The notes under the pieces: model-generated
Seen by the model: only the letters and a program-made list of their open reading frames with translations
Told to the model about the DNA's origin: nothing
Database searches by the model: none
Made by a program: the position numbers and the translations under genes
Assembly (NCBI GenBank): GCA_963668675.2
Contig: CAXXMB010000002.1
Coordinates: 2,720,001 to 2,784,000 of the forward strand
Length of the DNA: 64,000 nucleotides
Direction of reading: 5' to 3'
From: an uncultured Desulfatitalea sp.
GTDB taxonomy: Bacteria; Desulfobacterota; Desulfobacteria; Desulfobacterales; Desulfosarcinaceae
Part shown: one piece after another, positions 8,483-17,963 of the stretch
Layout of the letters: every line of letters begins with the position of its first letter
How positions within the stretch are numbered: the first letter of the stretch is position 1

Positions 8483-9304
8483 TCATGGGCAGGGGTTGTC
8501 GGGGTCGACCAGCTCTATGAGCGCACCGGTGTAGTTGGCATCCCCGCGCGCCTTGACGATGATCTGTCGGGCAGTCTCTTCAACATAGTCCATCAGGGCC
8601 ATACGGCTCTCTTTTTCACCGGATTCTACCATTGGCTGCAGAAGGATCCGGGCTTTGCAGATGTACTTCATGGCCTCGTCATACTTTCTGTTTTTCAGCA
8701 GGTTGACGCCGATGCCGATGGCCGCGAAGGTTTCCAGTTCGAGGGATTGCTCGAGCAGATTGATCAGCTCTCCGGAGGCAACGTCCGGCGCCTTGGGGTA
8801 GGTGACAAACTGAAGTCCCGGCTGAAACGGATTCTGGTACTCGTCGAGCAGTACCGGAACCAGCACAAAGCAGATGCTTGCGTTGCGGTTGGATACCTGG
8901 TCGTCGAGCTGCTTTCCATCCAGCAAACCCCAGAGTTCCAGGATGACATCTCTGTCGTCGAGAGATTCGACCATCCGTTTGTTGAAGCTCGCCTCCCCCT
9001 TGGGTTTGCGTCCTTTACAGAAGGCCAGGGCCAGAGGGACTGGCGTCGAGCTCAAAGTGAGGCCTTTCGCATTGGTGCGCAGCTTGAAATAGAGCCGCTG
9101 CATGAGGTTCTGTAGCTGGGGGTCTTTTTGCAACCCCTCCTTGGTGTAGTCCAGCTCATCCAGGTAGATCTGATAGATGCCCCCGGACAGGCTCTCCACA
9201 CAGTCGATGGTTTGGGCCTCGCCTGGCTGAACGGTCAACAGCGAAAAAATAACAGCGACGGTGGCCCCAACAGCCATCCAACTTGCCTCTCTCCTGCCAA
9301 GCAT
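8483..9304 (-). CDS. Exported hypothetical protein with helical (TPR-like) C-terminus
   Basis: 273 aa ORF with an AGGAGG RBS, a signal peptide ending GEA-Q, and 5 Cys including the terminal NPCP. Confidence 0.72.
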   Translation of the reverse strand: MLGRREASWMAVGATVAVIFSLLTVQPGEAQTIDCVESLSGGIYQIYLDELDYTKEGLQKDPQLQNLMQRLYFKLRTNAKGLTLSSTPVPLALAFCKGRKPKGEASFNKRMVESLDDRDVILELWGLLDGKQLDDQVSNRNASICFVLVPVLLDEYQNPFQPGLQFVTYPKAPDVASGELINLLEQSLELETFAAIGIGVNLLKNRKYDEAMKYICKARILLQPMVESGEKESRMALMDYVEETARQIIVKARGDANYTGALIELVDPDNPCP

Positions 9305-9328
9305 AGTGCCTCCTTTGCCGTTGGCGGA

Positions 9329-10036
9329 TTATGGATTCAGTTTTTGGGACGTCCGGTCGATTTCCGCTCGAATTTTATTGAGGGCTTTGTGGTTGGGCGG
9401 ACGGTCTTCACGGACCATTTGGGTATATTTTTCCAAGGCATCGGGCGACGCTAAAATGGTCTTCAATTTTTCCAAGAGGGGAGGCGCTTCGGTACAGCCG
9501 ATATCGCCCAATAGCATGATGGCGCTTCTGTGGGTTTGCCAATAGAAAAGGCCGGAGCGGTTTTCCAACACTTTAATCAACAGATCACAGGTGCTCTCCG
9601 GGTACCGGAATGCCACGGTACGCAAACCCTCTTCAGCCGCCAGGGGCCTGACACTGCCGTCGGCCTGCAGTTCATGAATCAGCGGGACGATGGCCGTCGG
9701 ACCGAAGGCGGCCAGGGATACGGCCGTGGCCTCAGCTTCTGCCGGTCCGGTGTCAGGGCTGCCCAGCTTTACCATGAGATCTTGCATCGCCGTCAGGTGA
9801 TCGAGTTGGAGTCGCTCCTGTTCCATGGCCCCGGTGATGGCGTGGGTCACATAGAAACTGACCGCTGCCAGAATCAGAGGGGTCAAGATGGCGGCGATAT
9901 CCTTGATTCTAGGGAGAATTTTCCTGGAAGACTTGACCTGCTTGATATCCGCTGCCAGCGCATCCAACCTGATCTGGATGAGTCTGGCTTCGTTATCGCT
10001 TAAGCGTGATTCCAGGTTGTTCACCAAGTCCGTCAT
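9329..10036 (-). CDS. Single-pass membrane protein with coiled coil and HEAT-like repeats
   Basis: One TM segment (IAAILTPLILAAVSFYV) and HEAT-like AVSLAAFGPTAIVPLIHEL and AIMLLGDIGCTEAPPLL. Confidence 0.72.
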   Translation of the reverse strand: MTDLVNNLESRLSDNEARLIQIRLDALAADIKQVKSSRKILPRIKDIAAILTPLILAAVSFYVTHAITGAMEQERLQLDHLTAMQDLMVKLGSPDTGPAEAEATAVSLAAFGPTAIVPLIHELQADGSVRPLAAEEGLRTVAFRYPESTCDLLIKVLENRSGLFYWQTHRSAIMLLGDIGCTEAPPLLEKLKTILASPDALEKYTQMVREDRPPNHKALNKIRAEIDRTSQKLNP

Positions 10037-10119
10037 CGATGGGCCCCTCGTATCGGGTTCAGTACTTGGATCAACAGGGTGTGTTTCGTGTGGTTGACAA
10101 AGCAGAATGGAATAGTGAT

Positions 10120-10148
10120 ATCTTAGCGACCAATCGGGAACGGGTCAA
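10120..10148 (-). promoter_or_regulatory. sigma70-type promoter of the three-gene envelope operon
   Basis: Minus strand TTGACC-N17-TAAGAT, about 85 bp upstream of 10036. Confidence 0.6.
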
Positions 10149-10209
10149 TGCGGTTTTACACAATTTTCAAAAAGGAAACAGAACCCCTCTTCTGTGGTCT
10201 TTTATCATT

Positions 10210-12417
10210 TTAACCGACAATAAAATCAGGGTAAAGCTTTTTGGCGCACTCGGGGCATAATCCGTGACTGAATTTGGCATCCGAGTGGCTCTGGATGTAG
10301 GACTCGATTTGATTCCAGTAGCCTTTATCGTCCCTGATTTTTTTGCATGATGCACATATGGGAAGGAATCCCTGAAGTGTTTTTACTTCCGATAGTGCCT
10401 TCTGTAACTGGGCGATCAGCTTCTCCCTCTCTTTTTCGGCCTCTTTGCGCTTGGAGATATCGTGGACAATCGAGCAGAGAGCCGTTTTCCCACTGACGCT
10501 GATGGGGCCGCTGAAGACTTCGACGTCGCGAATATCTCCATTTGACAGGCGGTGCCGAAAGTGAAATTGACTCCGCTTTTCCAACTTGGCCAGCGCCATT
10601 TCTTTATTAATTTGCGTTTTTGACAGGGTGTTTATTTCCGACATACCCATCTTTGTCAGGGTCTTTTTTGCATAGCCATAATACTTGCATGCCGAGGGAT
10701 TGGCATCAATAATGGACCCATCTTCCGGATCGATGATCAGTATGACCGATATGTTCTTATCGAAAAAAGAGCGGTAGATGAGTTCCCGTTCTGCCAGAAG
10801 CGCTCTGCTTCTCGCCCTTTCTGTGATGTCGCGCAAATATTCGACAACCGAAGTGATCCGTCCCGATGGGTCGAAAATTGGAAACGCGAACAACTCCGCG
10901 GTGCCAGCGGTACGGCCGAATCTTGAGAAAGGAATTTCATCCATCGCCATCTTGCCGGTTTCCATGGCGCGTACCGACGGGCATGTTTGACAGCATTCAT
11001 CTCTTGCGAAGTAGACCTGATAGCATTTTTTACCCTCCAGTGGTTGATTCTGGTCATATAGGGCTTTCATGGTCTTATTGGCGAGCACAATATTCAGGTC
11101 GCGGTCAAGCACCGTGATGCCATCCTGGATCGAATCCAAAATGGTACTGAGAAACGACTCGCTTTCCTGCAGCCGTTGTTCCGCACTTTTCCGGTCATGG
11201 ATTTCATCCTTGAGTGTCTGGGTGCGCTGTTCCACTTGCGTCTCCAACATTTCATGGGATTTCGCAAGAGCCCGCTCTGCCTTCATATAGTTGTTGCGGT
11301 TAAACAGCAGTGCCGCGATGAGAAGGGCCTGCAGCGCCATCAATACGGCCGCGGCGACGATATAGGTTCCGTAAAGCTCGAAAAACGATGGCGTTTTGTA
11401 TCGTACGATGCTCCCTTTTGGCAGGCGCTCTTCACGGATATGCCACCTTTTCAGTTGACGCCAGTCAAACATGTAAGCGTTGGCCCCCACCACGGCGGGA
11501 ATATTGGCGGGCGTTTTCCCGGACAGGATGTCCAGTGCCATTCGTGCGGCCTTTTCGCCCACCACTGTCGGACTGCTCAATTTTCCCCCCACTATTCCCG
11601 AACCGAGCATCGACTCCCAGAGCCCGAAAATGGGAGCGTTTGCATTCGAGGCCAAATATGCTGCGACTTCTGCCGGTATGAGTGGTCTCTTGTCGTTATC
11701 TTCAAAGGTCGTGACATAGAGGATGAGGGAGTGGTCGGGAAGCTGTTTCACGCGTTCGCCAAGCGATGCGACCGGAAGGCCTATCATGCGATCAACCCTG
11801 ATATGGGGCTCATATTCTTCTATCGCCTTGTCGACCTTTTCCAGGTAGTATCGATCTGTCGCCGAGGATCCGGAGATGACGGTGATCTGCCGGGTTTTCG
11901 GCAGGAGGCGCAACGCAGTCTCGATGCATCCGTTGGCATCGATGGATTCGAAGACTCCCGTGACGTTGGATCTCAATGCCACCGGCTCAAGATCTTCGCG
12001 GATGGATGAGATCAAGACGACCGGGGCGCCTCCAAACAGCTCCCTGCCCTGATTTATGGCAAACGAGCTTGATGGAAAGCCCACGGATATCAGCAGATCA
12101 ACGTTCATCGCGGAGTGCCTGCTCAGATAATAGTTTCGCAGAGCCTCTTGCCTGGACCGGTTGCTCAAATGATCCCGGGATTCGCTAAGACCGGTGTATT
12201 CAATGTGGATATCTGTTTTTATATCTTTGGAAGATTCAAGAGCGGACAGGATTTTCTCGGTGGTAATTTGCTGCCAAGGCAATGCATGTTTGTAAGAGAG
12301 CAACAGCAGGACGTTTTGGGGCACCTCAAGGTTTGATGCAGTTGAAGGGGAAATGATGAAGAGTGACACGAAGAGGATGGATATTGCGAGCCTGTTGAGA
12401 AGATACATGACATTCAC
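10210..12417 (-). CDS. Membrane sensor: periplasmic ABC-SBP-like domain, TM, two PAS domains, C-terminal Cys-rich domain; no kinase domain
   Basis: Signal/TM, MFDWRQLKRW, PAS motifs (ILDSIQDGITVLD, IIDPEDGSIIDANPSA). Ends LPICASCKKIRDDKGYW...FSHGLCPEC. Confidence 0.85.
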   Translation of the reverse strand: MNVMYLLNRLAISILFVSLFIISPSTASNLEVPQNVLLLLSYKHALPWQQITTEKILSALESSKDIKTDIHIEYTGLSESRDHLSNRSRQEALRNYYLSRHSAMNVDLLISVGFPSSSFAINQGRELFGGAPVVLISSIREDLEPVALRSNVTGVFESIDANGCIETALRLLPKTRQITVISGSSATDRYYLEKVDKAIEEYEPHIRVDRMIGLPVASLGERVKQLPDHSLILYVTTFEDNDKRPLIPAEVAAYLASNANAPIFGLWESMLGSGIVGGKLSSPTVVGEKAARMALDILSGKTPANIPAVVGANAYMFDWRQLKRWHIREERLPKGSIVRYKTPSFFELYGTYIVAAAVLMALQALLIAALLFNRNNYMKAERALAKSHEMLETQVEQRTQTLKDEIHDRKSAEQRLQESESFLSTILDSIQDGITVLDRDLNIVLANKTMKALYDQNQPLEGKKCYQVYFARDECCQTCPSVRAMETGKMAMDEIPFSRFGRTAGTAELFAFPIFDPSGRITSVVEYLRDITERARSRALLAERELIYRSFFDKNISVILIIDPEDGSIIDANPSACKYYGYAKKTLTKMGMSEINTLSKTQINKEMALAKLEKRSQFHFRHRLSNGDIRDVEVFSGPISVSGKTALCSIVHDISKRKEAEKEREKLIAQLQKALSEVKTLQGFLPICASCKKIRDDKGYWNQIESYIQSHSDAKFSHGLCPECAKKLYPDFIVG

Positions 12418-12585
12418 CCTGATACCGTCCGAGGCCGTTTTAGAATCTGTGCCGATATCGTATCAAAGCGTCATTTTTCATGTTACGGTATACTTATCAT
12501 CATAGAGGATTTGTATGGGCCGATCAAGGTTTCATTGTGGCACTTGCTCCAAGCGTCCCGGGGTTTGTTTATATTGGTAGGCCTT

Positions 12586-13521
12586 ATGAACACCATAACA
12601 AAACGATTTGTGACAGAGGATCAAGTCGTCTGCGACTGCAGCAGAGGGCTCATGTGGCCGGCCGATGCGGCCTTGGGTGAGTTCCCTCTGGCCTGGCACG
12701 AGGCCCTTGATTTTATTTCCGACCTTAACAAGCGGCGGCTTTACGGATATTCGGACTGGCGATTGCCCAACCGCCGGGAGCTTTTCAGTCTGGTCAGCCA
12801 CACGCAAATCAACCCCGCGCTGCCCAAGGGGCACCCGTTTGTCAATGTTTTTTCAGGGTATTACTGGACGAGCACCACCTGCAGCCGCCTGCCCGATCAA
12901 GCCTGGTATCTCCATCTGGGTGGAGCTCGCGTGTTTAAGGGAATGAAGCGCGGCTTTTATATGGTGTGGCCGGTCCGAACGGCAGACATGCACGGCCGTC
13001 TGCCCTATCATACCGGCCAAAGGATCTGTTATTCCGAAGATCATCGGCCGCTCCCATGCTCCGGCGGCGGACAGGACGGGGACGTGCGGGCAGGGCGCCC
13101 ATGGCCGCAGCCGCGCTTTGAGGTGCGCAACGATGGTGTTTTGGATCGATTGACCGAATTGGTATGGGATCGATGCGCCAGCAGGAATGCCGTTCCGGTC
13201 GATTGGGAATCGGCCTGTGAACTGGCGGCTGCGGCCAATCGAGAACAATACGGCAACCATGATACCTGGCGGCTGCCGGCGGTGCGGGAAATAGAGAGCT
13301 TGTGCGATTTGAGCACCCACAGCCCGGCACTGCCTGCGGGCCATCCGTTTGAGGATGTGCGGTCCGACTACTGGACATCATCCACCAGTCGCTACGACCC
13401 ACGGTACGCCTGGGTACTCTATCTGCAGGACGGCGCCGTGGGGGTTGGGTATAAGACGGGTGCGACGTTTTCCGTCTGGCTGGTCAGAGACGAGGTGATA
13501 CCCTCCCCCGGGAGGTTTTAA
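12586..13521 (+). CDS. DUF1566 (Lcl C-terminal-like) tandem-domain protein
   Basis: Two copies of GL.W...W..A...DWRLP..REL.SL...YWTST...AW. Confidence 0.88.
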   Translation: MNTITKRFVTEDQVVCDCSRGLMWPADAALGEFPLAWHEALDFISDLNKRRLYGYSDWRLPNRRELFSLVSHTQINPALPKGHPFVNVFSGYYWTSTTCSRLPDQAWYLHLGGARVFKGMKRGFYMVWPVRTADMHGRLPYHTGQRICYSEDHRPLPCSGGGQDGDVRAGRPWPQPRFEVRNDGVLDRLTELVWDRCASRNAVPVDWESACELAAAANREQYGNHDTWRLPAVREIESLCDLSTHSPALPAGHPFEDVRSDYWTSSTSRYDPRYAWVLYLQDGAVGVGYKTGATFSVWLVRDEVIPSPGRF

Positions 13522-13574
13522 CAGGGGCCGCCGCAGGGGAGGGGTTGCTGTTCGCTGTCAGTGGCATCCGCAGA

Positions 13575-14318
13575 TTACATTCCCAAGTAAGTTTTGCGCA
13601 GTACTTCGTCTTTGAGCAACTCTTCCCCTTTGCCTTCGGCGATGATTTTTCCCGAAGAGAGGACATAGTTGCGGTCGGTCATGGTGAAAACCGTGCTCAC
13701 CTCCTGTTCGACCAGCAGGACGGTGATGCCCAGATCCTTGATCTCCTGAATCTTGCGGAACACTTCGGAACGCATGATGGGTGCCAGGCCGGTCGAGGGT
13801 TCGTCGATGCACAGCAGTTTGGGGCTGGACATCATGGCCCGGCCCACGGCCAGCATCTGCTGTTCGCCGCCCGAGAGCGTCCCGGAGATCTGGTGGGAGC
13901 GCTCCTTGAGCCGCGGAAAGAGCTGATAGACCTGCCGCAGGTTTTCATCGGATTCGTTTTTGTCGCTGAGCAGGTAGGCGCCCGCCTTCAGGTTTTCGAG
14001 GACGGTCATCTCCTTGAACGGACGCCGCCGTTCGGGGCAGTGGATCAGGCCCATCTTGGCAATCTCGTGGGCCGGCGTCTTTTCGATGCGTTTGCCCATG
14101 AACTCAACTGTCCCTTCGAGGGTGATGTCGCCGTCCCCGCCGCGGTGGATGCTCTTCTCCCAGGCCACCAAGCCGGTGGCGGCCCTCAGGGTGGTCGATT
14201 TGCCCGCGCCGTTGGGGCCCACCAGGCTGACCAGTTCGCCCTCTTCGACCTTCAAACTGATGTCGTTGATGATCATCGCCTTGTCGTAACAGACCGTCAG
14301 ATTCGTTATCTCCAGCAC
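13575..14318 (-). CDS. livF: Branched-chain-amino-acid-type ABC ATPase (LivF-like)
   Basis: GPNGAGKST, CPERRRPF, LSGGEQQMLAVGRA, DEPSTGLAP and LLVEQ. Confidence 0.92.
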   Translation of the reverse strand: MLEITNLTVCYDKAMIINDISLKVEEGELVSLVGPNGAGKSTTLRAATGLVAWEKSIHRGGDGDITLEGTVEFMGKRIEKTPAHEIAKMGLIHCPERRRPFKEMTVLENLKAGAYLLSDKNESDENLRQVYQLFPRLKERSHQISGTLSGGEQQMLAVGRAMMSSPKLLCIDEPSTGLAPIMRSEVFRKIQEIKDLGITVLLVEQEVSTVFTMTDRNYVLSSGKIIAEGKGEELLKDEVLRKTYLGM

Positions 14319-14320
14319 CG

Positions 14321-15088
14321 TTATATCTCTCCTTTACCCAGATAGCATTCGATCACCGCAGGATGCTTGACCACCTCTTCAGGCGAGCATTCGGCCACCA
14401 CTTCACCGTAATTGAGCACGATGACGCGATCGACGATCTTCATCAGCGCCTGCAATTTGTGCTCGATGATGATCATGGCCGGACCCTCGCTGTGCAGTCG
14501 TCCGAAGCGGCCACCCTTGTGCAGTCGCTTGATCGATTTGCCCATCAGGTCAGTCTCGGCCGGGCTCAATCCACCGAACGGTTCGTCGAGCAGCAGCAGC
14601 TCCGGTTCGGTGGCGATGGCGCGCGCCACCTCAAGCCGTTTCAGGTCGCCCTGGGAGAGGGTCGAGGCCTTCTCCAGGGCCATATCCGAGATGCCGGCGA
14701 ACTCCAGGGCATCCATGGCCTTTGCCTCGATGCGTTTGACCCATTCGCCGGTTTTCATCGAGCGGGGCGAAAGGCACGGCACCATTACATTGGCGATGAT
14801 CGGCAGTCGCCGGAAAGGGCGCATGTTCTGAAAGGTGCCGGCAATGCCCATGTTGACGATGTCCCACACTTTTTTCCGGGTGATATCCCTCCCCTTAAAG
14901 CGGACTTTGCCGCTGTCGGGTCTGATCATTCCGGTGATCTGGCGCAACAGAGTCGTTTTGCCTGCCCCGTTGGGCCCGATCAGCCCCACGATTTCGTCAC
15001 GGGCGATATTGAAACTGACATTGCTGGTGGCCTTCAACCCTCCAAAGCTCTTATTCAGATTCGCAACTTCCAACATCGGAACGGCCAT
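14321..15088 (-). CDS. livG: ABC ATPase (LivG-like)
   Basis: LNKSFGGL, GPNGAGKTT, LLLLDEP, IEH and VIECYLG. The real start is 15088 (MAVPMLEV), not the track's 15373. Confidence 0.92.
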   Translation of the reverse strand: MAVPMLEVANLNKSFGGLKATSNVSFNIARDEIVGLIGPNGAGKTTLLRQITGMIRPDSGKVRFKGRDITRKKVWDIVNMGIAGTFQNMRPFRRLPIIANVMVPCLSPRSMKTGEWVKRIEAKAMDALEFAGISDMALEKASTLSQGDLKRLEVARAIATEPELLLLDEPFGGLSPAETDLMGKSIKRLHKGGRFGRLHSEGPAMIIIEHKLQALMKIVDRVIVLNYGEVVAECSPEEVVKHPAVIECYLGKGEI

Positions 15089-15089
15089 A

Positions 15090-16799
15090 TTATTTATCCT
15101 CCGCCTCGTCACGCAGTTCCCGTCGGGATACCTTGCCCACGTCGGTCTTGGGCAGTTCTCCCCTGAATTCGATGATACCCGGTACTTTGTAGTGGGCCAG
15201 ATTCTCCTTGCAGAATTCGATAATTTCCTCTTCGGAGAGTTTGCCGCGTGCTTCGCTCTGCAGCACCACGTAGGCTTTGATGATCTGTCCGACTTTGGGA
15301 TCGGGCACCCCGACCACACCGGCCGCCTTGACCTGGGGATGCATGTAGAGCACCTCTTCCACGTGGCGGGCAAAGACCGAGTAGCCTTTGTGCTTGATCA
15401 GATCGCGCTTGCGGTCGAAGAAGAAGAAGTAACCCTCTTCGTCCATGCGCACCAGGTCGCCGGTGCGCATCCAGCGCTTGCCGTCGATCTCGACAAAGGT
15501 CTCCTCGTCGGCGTCCGGCCGCTGCCAGTATCCTGCCATTACGTTGGGGCCACTGAGAATCAACTCGCCCTCCTCGCCGATCGGTTTGAAATCGGTACTC
15601 TCCATGTCAATGACCGCCGCGTCGACACCGGTCATGGGCACGCCGAACGATCCGTGCTTGGGACGATCCTTGGGATTGCTGTGGCTGATGGAGGTGCACT
15701 CGGTCATGCCGAAGCCCTCCAGGATTTTGGTTCCGGTGCGCCGTTCCCACCCTTCGCAGGTGGTGTCGTGCAGTGTGTCGGCGCCGCAGACGATGATTTT
15801 GAGACGTTTCCAGTTCACCCGATCGGTCTTCTCGTGCTCCTTGAGATACTCATAGAGCGTGGGTACGCCATAAAAGGCCGATGCCTGGTAGCGGTCCACG
15901 GCATTGAGAATTTCGTCCATGTCCGGCGTGGTGAACAGCACCAGGGTCTGGCCCTGGGTCAGGCCCGACAGCATTAACACGGCCTGGCCGTAGATGTGAA
16001 ACAGCGGCAGAAAGGCGATGATGGTCTCTTTGCCCTCCTCAACGAACGGCCACCACGCCTTTCCCATCGCATAGGCCGAGACCAGATTGTAGTGGGTGAG
16101 CATGGCCGCCTTGGGCAGGCCGGTCGTGCCGCCAGTGTAAGGCAGGGCGGCAATGTCTTTTTTAGGATCGAATTTGATTTTGGGCGGTTGGGGCGGATGG
16201 GCATTGATAAACTCTTTGAAGACCAGCAGCCCCATGCGCTTGATCTCTTCGGGTGTCGGCGGTTTGAGATCCGCGTAAGCCTTACTGATCGCTTTTTTGG
16301 CAAAGGCCCGCTTGAGCAGGGGCAGAAAATCGCCGAGGTTGGAGAGGATGACGTTATCCAGGGAGACCCCCGCGCGCTCGATGTTGCTATAGAGCATATC
16401 TTCGCAAATCACCGTTTTGGCGCCGCTGTCTTCGAGCTGGTGACGCACCTCCTTGCTCGTATAGACCGGGCTGACCGGGGTCACTTTGGCCCCGGCTTTC
16501 AGGGCGCCGAAGTAGCTGATGATGAACTGGGGTGAATTGAGCAGGTAGATGGCCACCGTGTCGCCTTTTTTGACCCCCAGTTTGGCTAGGCCAGTGGCGC
16601 ATTTGTCGATCAGTTCGATCAGCTCCTTATAACTGATCTTCTTCCCATAAAAGATCAGGGCGGTTTTTTTCTTGTACTTCTCCGCGGTCTGGTCCAAGAG
16701 CTCCGGCACTGCGAGCTCGGGCGTCTTGACGGTCGGGGGGACATCATCCGGATAAAATTTAAGCCATGGTTTGCTGGTGTAGAGTTCTTTTAAATCCAT
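15090..16799 (-). CDS. Long-chain-fatty-acid--CoA ligase (FadD-like AMP-binding enzyme)
   Basis: YTGGTTGLPK, LPLFHIYG, EGFGMTE, RTGDL and LPKTDVGKV. Confidence 0.93.
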   Translation of the reverse strand: MDLKELYTSKPWLKFYPDDVPPTVKTPELAVPELLDQTAEKYKKKTALIFYGKKISYKELIELIDKCATGLAKLGVKKGDTVAIYLLNSPQFIISYFGALKAGAKVTPVSPVYTSKEVRHQLEDSGAKTVICEDMLYSNIERAGVSLDNVILSNLGDFLPLLKRAFAKKAISKAYADLKPPTPEEIKRMGLLVFKEFINAHPPQPPKIKFDPKKDIAALPYTGGTTGLPKAAMLTHYNLVSAYAMGKAWWPFVEEGKETIIAFLPLFHIYGQAVLMLSGLTQGQTLVLFTTPDMDEILNAVDRYQASAFYGVPTLYEYLKEHEKTDRVNWKRLKIIVCGADTLHDTTCEGWERRTGTKILEGFGMTECTSISHSNPKDRPKHGSFGVPMTGVDAAVIDMESTDFKPIGEEGELILSGPNVMAGYWQRPDADEETFVEIDGKRWMRTGDLVRMDEEGYFFFFDRKRDLIKHKGYSVFARHVEEVLYMHPQVKAAGVVGVPDPKVGQIIKAYVVLQSEARGKLSEEEIIEFCKENLAHYKVPGIIEFRGELPKTDVGKVSRRELRDEAEDK

Positions 16800-16920
16800 C
16801 TTCCGATCTTCCTCCTGGTTATGGCCTGATCACACGCTTGCGGATCTGTTATCTCTCTTCATTCGCAAATGGCGCCCGTATTTCACTGAACCATTGAGGG
16901 ACACCACTTGCGCATGAGCA

Positions 16921-17961
16921 CTAGTGCATCTCCGCAGCACAGACGCGACATGTCTTTCGGGTCGCGATGTTGCGGATTTTGCAGCGTGGGCATTCATTTT
17001 CAATTTTACTGCGGATCCAAGGAAGTAAGCCGCCCGGCATGTACAGCAGGATGACCATTACGACGATGGCGAACATCAGTTGCCGCAACTCGGGCCACAT
17101 CCGAAAGAACTCCAGCAGGGGGAACAGGATGAAGACGGCGCCCACCGGTCCCCAGATGGTGACCATGCCGCCGAACACGCTCCAGATGACCACCTGGAAC
17201 GACATGGAGATCTCCAGTGTGGACGGTCCTGCAATGCGCATGAAATGCGCATAGAGCCCGCCGGACAGACCTGCAAAGAATCCGCTGAGACTAAAGGCGA
17301 TCAATTTGAATTTGATGGTATTGATGCCGGCCGCTTTGACGGCCAGTTCGTCTTCACGTATGGCGTGGAAGATGATGCCGATTTTGGAGTCGGTGATTTT
17401 CCACATGATGGTGACGAGCACCAGCATGGTGATGACGACGATATAGTAGTTGGCCACCCGCGATCGCGCCAGACGGCTCAAACCGGATAACCCCAGCTCG
17501 CCGCCAGTTAGATCCGGCACGGCAAAGACAAGCCCCAGTAAGATGATGGGGAAGGCCAGGGTGGTGAGGGCCAGGTAGGTCCCGCGCAGCCGCAGGCAGG
17601 GGATGCCCACCGACAACCCTGCAAGCACGGCGATAAGGGCCCCCGAAGGAATGCTGGCCCACGGCGGGAAACCGGCCCTGAGGTTGAGGATGGCGGCGCC
17701 GTAAGCGCCGACCCCGAAGAACAGGGCGTGGCCGAAGTTGATCTGACCGGTGAAGCCGGAGAGCAGGTCCCAGCTGGCCGCAAAGATGGCGAAGATGCTC
17801 GCCAGAATCATGATCCGCATGACATAAGGATCGCTGATGAGATACGGCAGCAGCATCAGCGTCAGAAAAAACAGAAACACGACAATCCGGCTGGGAAGGA
17901 CAAATACTTCGTTTTTCAGAATTAATACAAATTTTCGCAAATAGTAGCGCAACAGATTCAT
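16921..17961 (-). CDS. livM: LivM-like permease with C-terminal zinc ribbon
   Basis: GFTGQINFGHALFFGVGAY, LRLRGTYLALTTL and AIREDELA. Tail CPRC-x10-CRVC. Confidence 0.9.
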   Translation of the reverse strand: MNLLRYYLRKFVLILKNEVFVLPSRIVVFLFFLTLMLLPYLISDPYVMRIMILASIFAIFAASWDLLSGFTGQINFGHALFFGVGAYGAAILNLRAGFPPWASIPSGALIAVLAGLSVGIPCLRLRGTYLALTTLAFPIILLGLVFAVPDLTGGELGLSGLSRLARSRVANYYIVVITMLVLVTIMWKITDSKIGIIFHAIREDELAVKAAGINTIKFKLIAFSLSGFFAGLSGGLYAHFMRIAGPSTLEISMSFQVVIWSVFGGMVTIWGPVGAVFILFPLLEFFRMWPELRQLMFAIVVMVILLYMPGGLLPWIRSKIENECPRCKIRNIATRKTCRVCAAEMH

Positions 17962-17963
17962 GT

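Noticed and set aside
15089..15373. N-terminal extension of LivG in the ORF track
   Set aside because: It overlaps the ligase gene in another frame; homology begins at the ATG at 15088.
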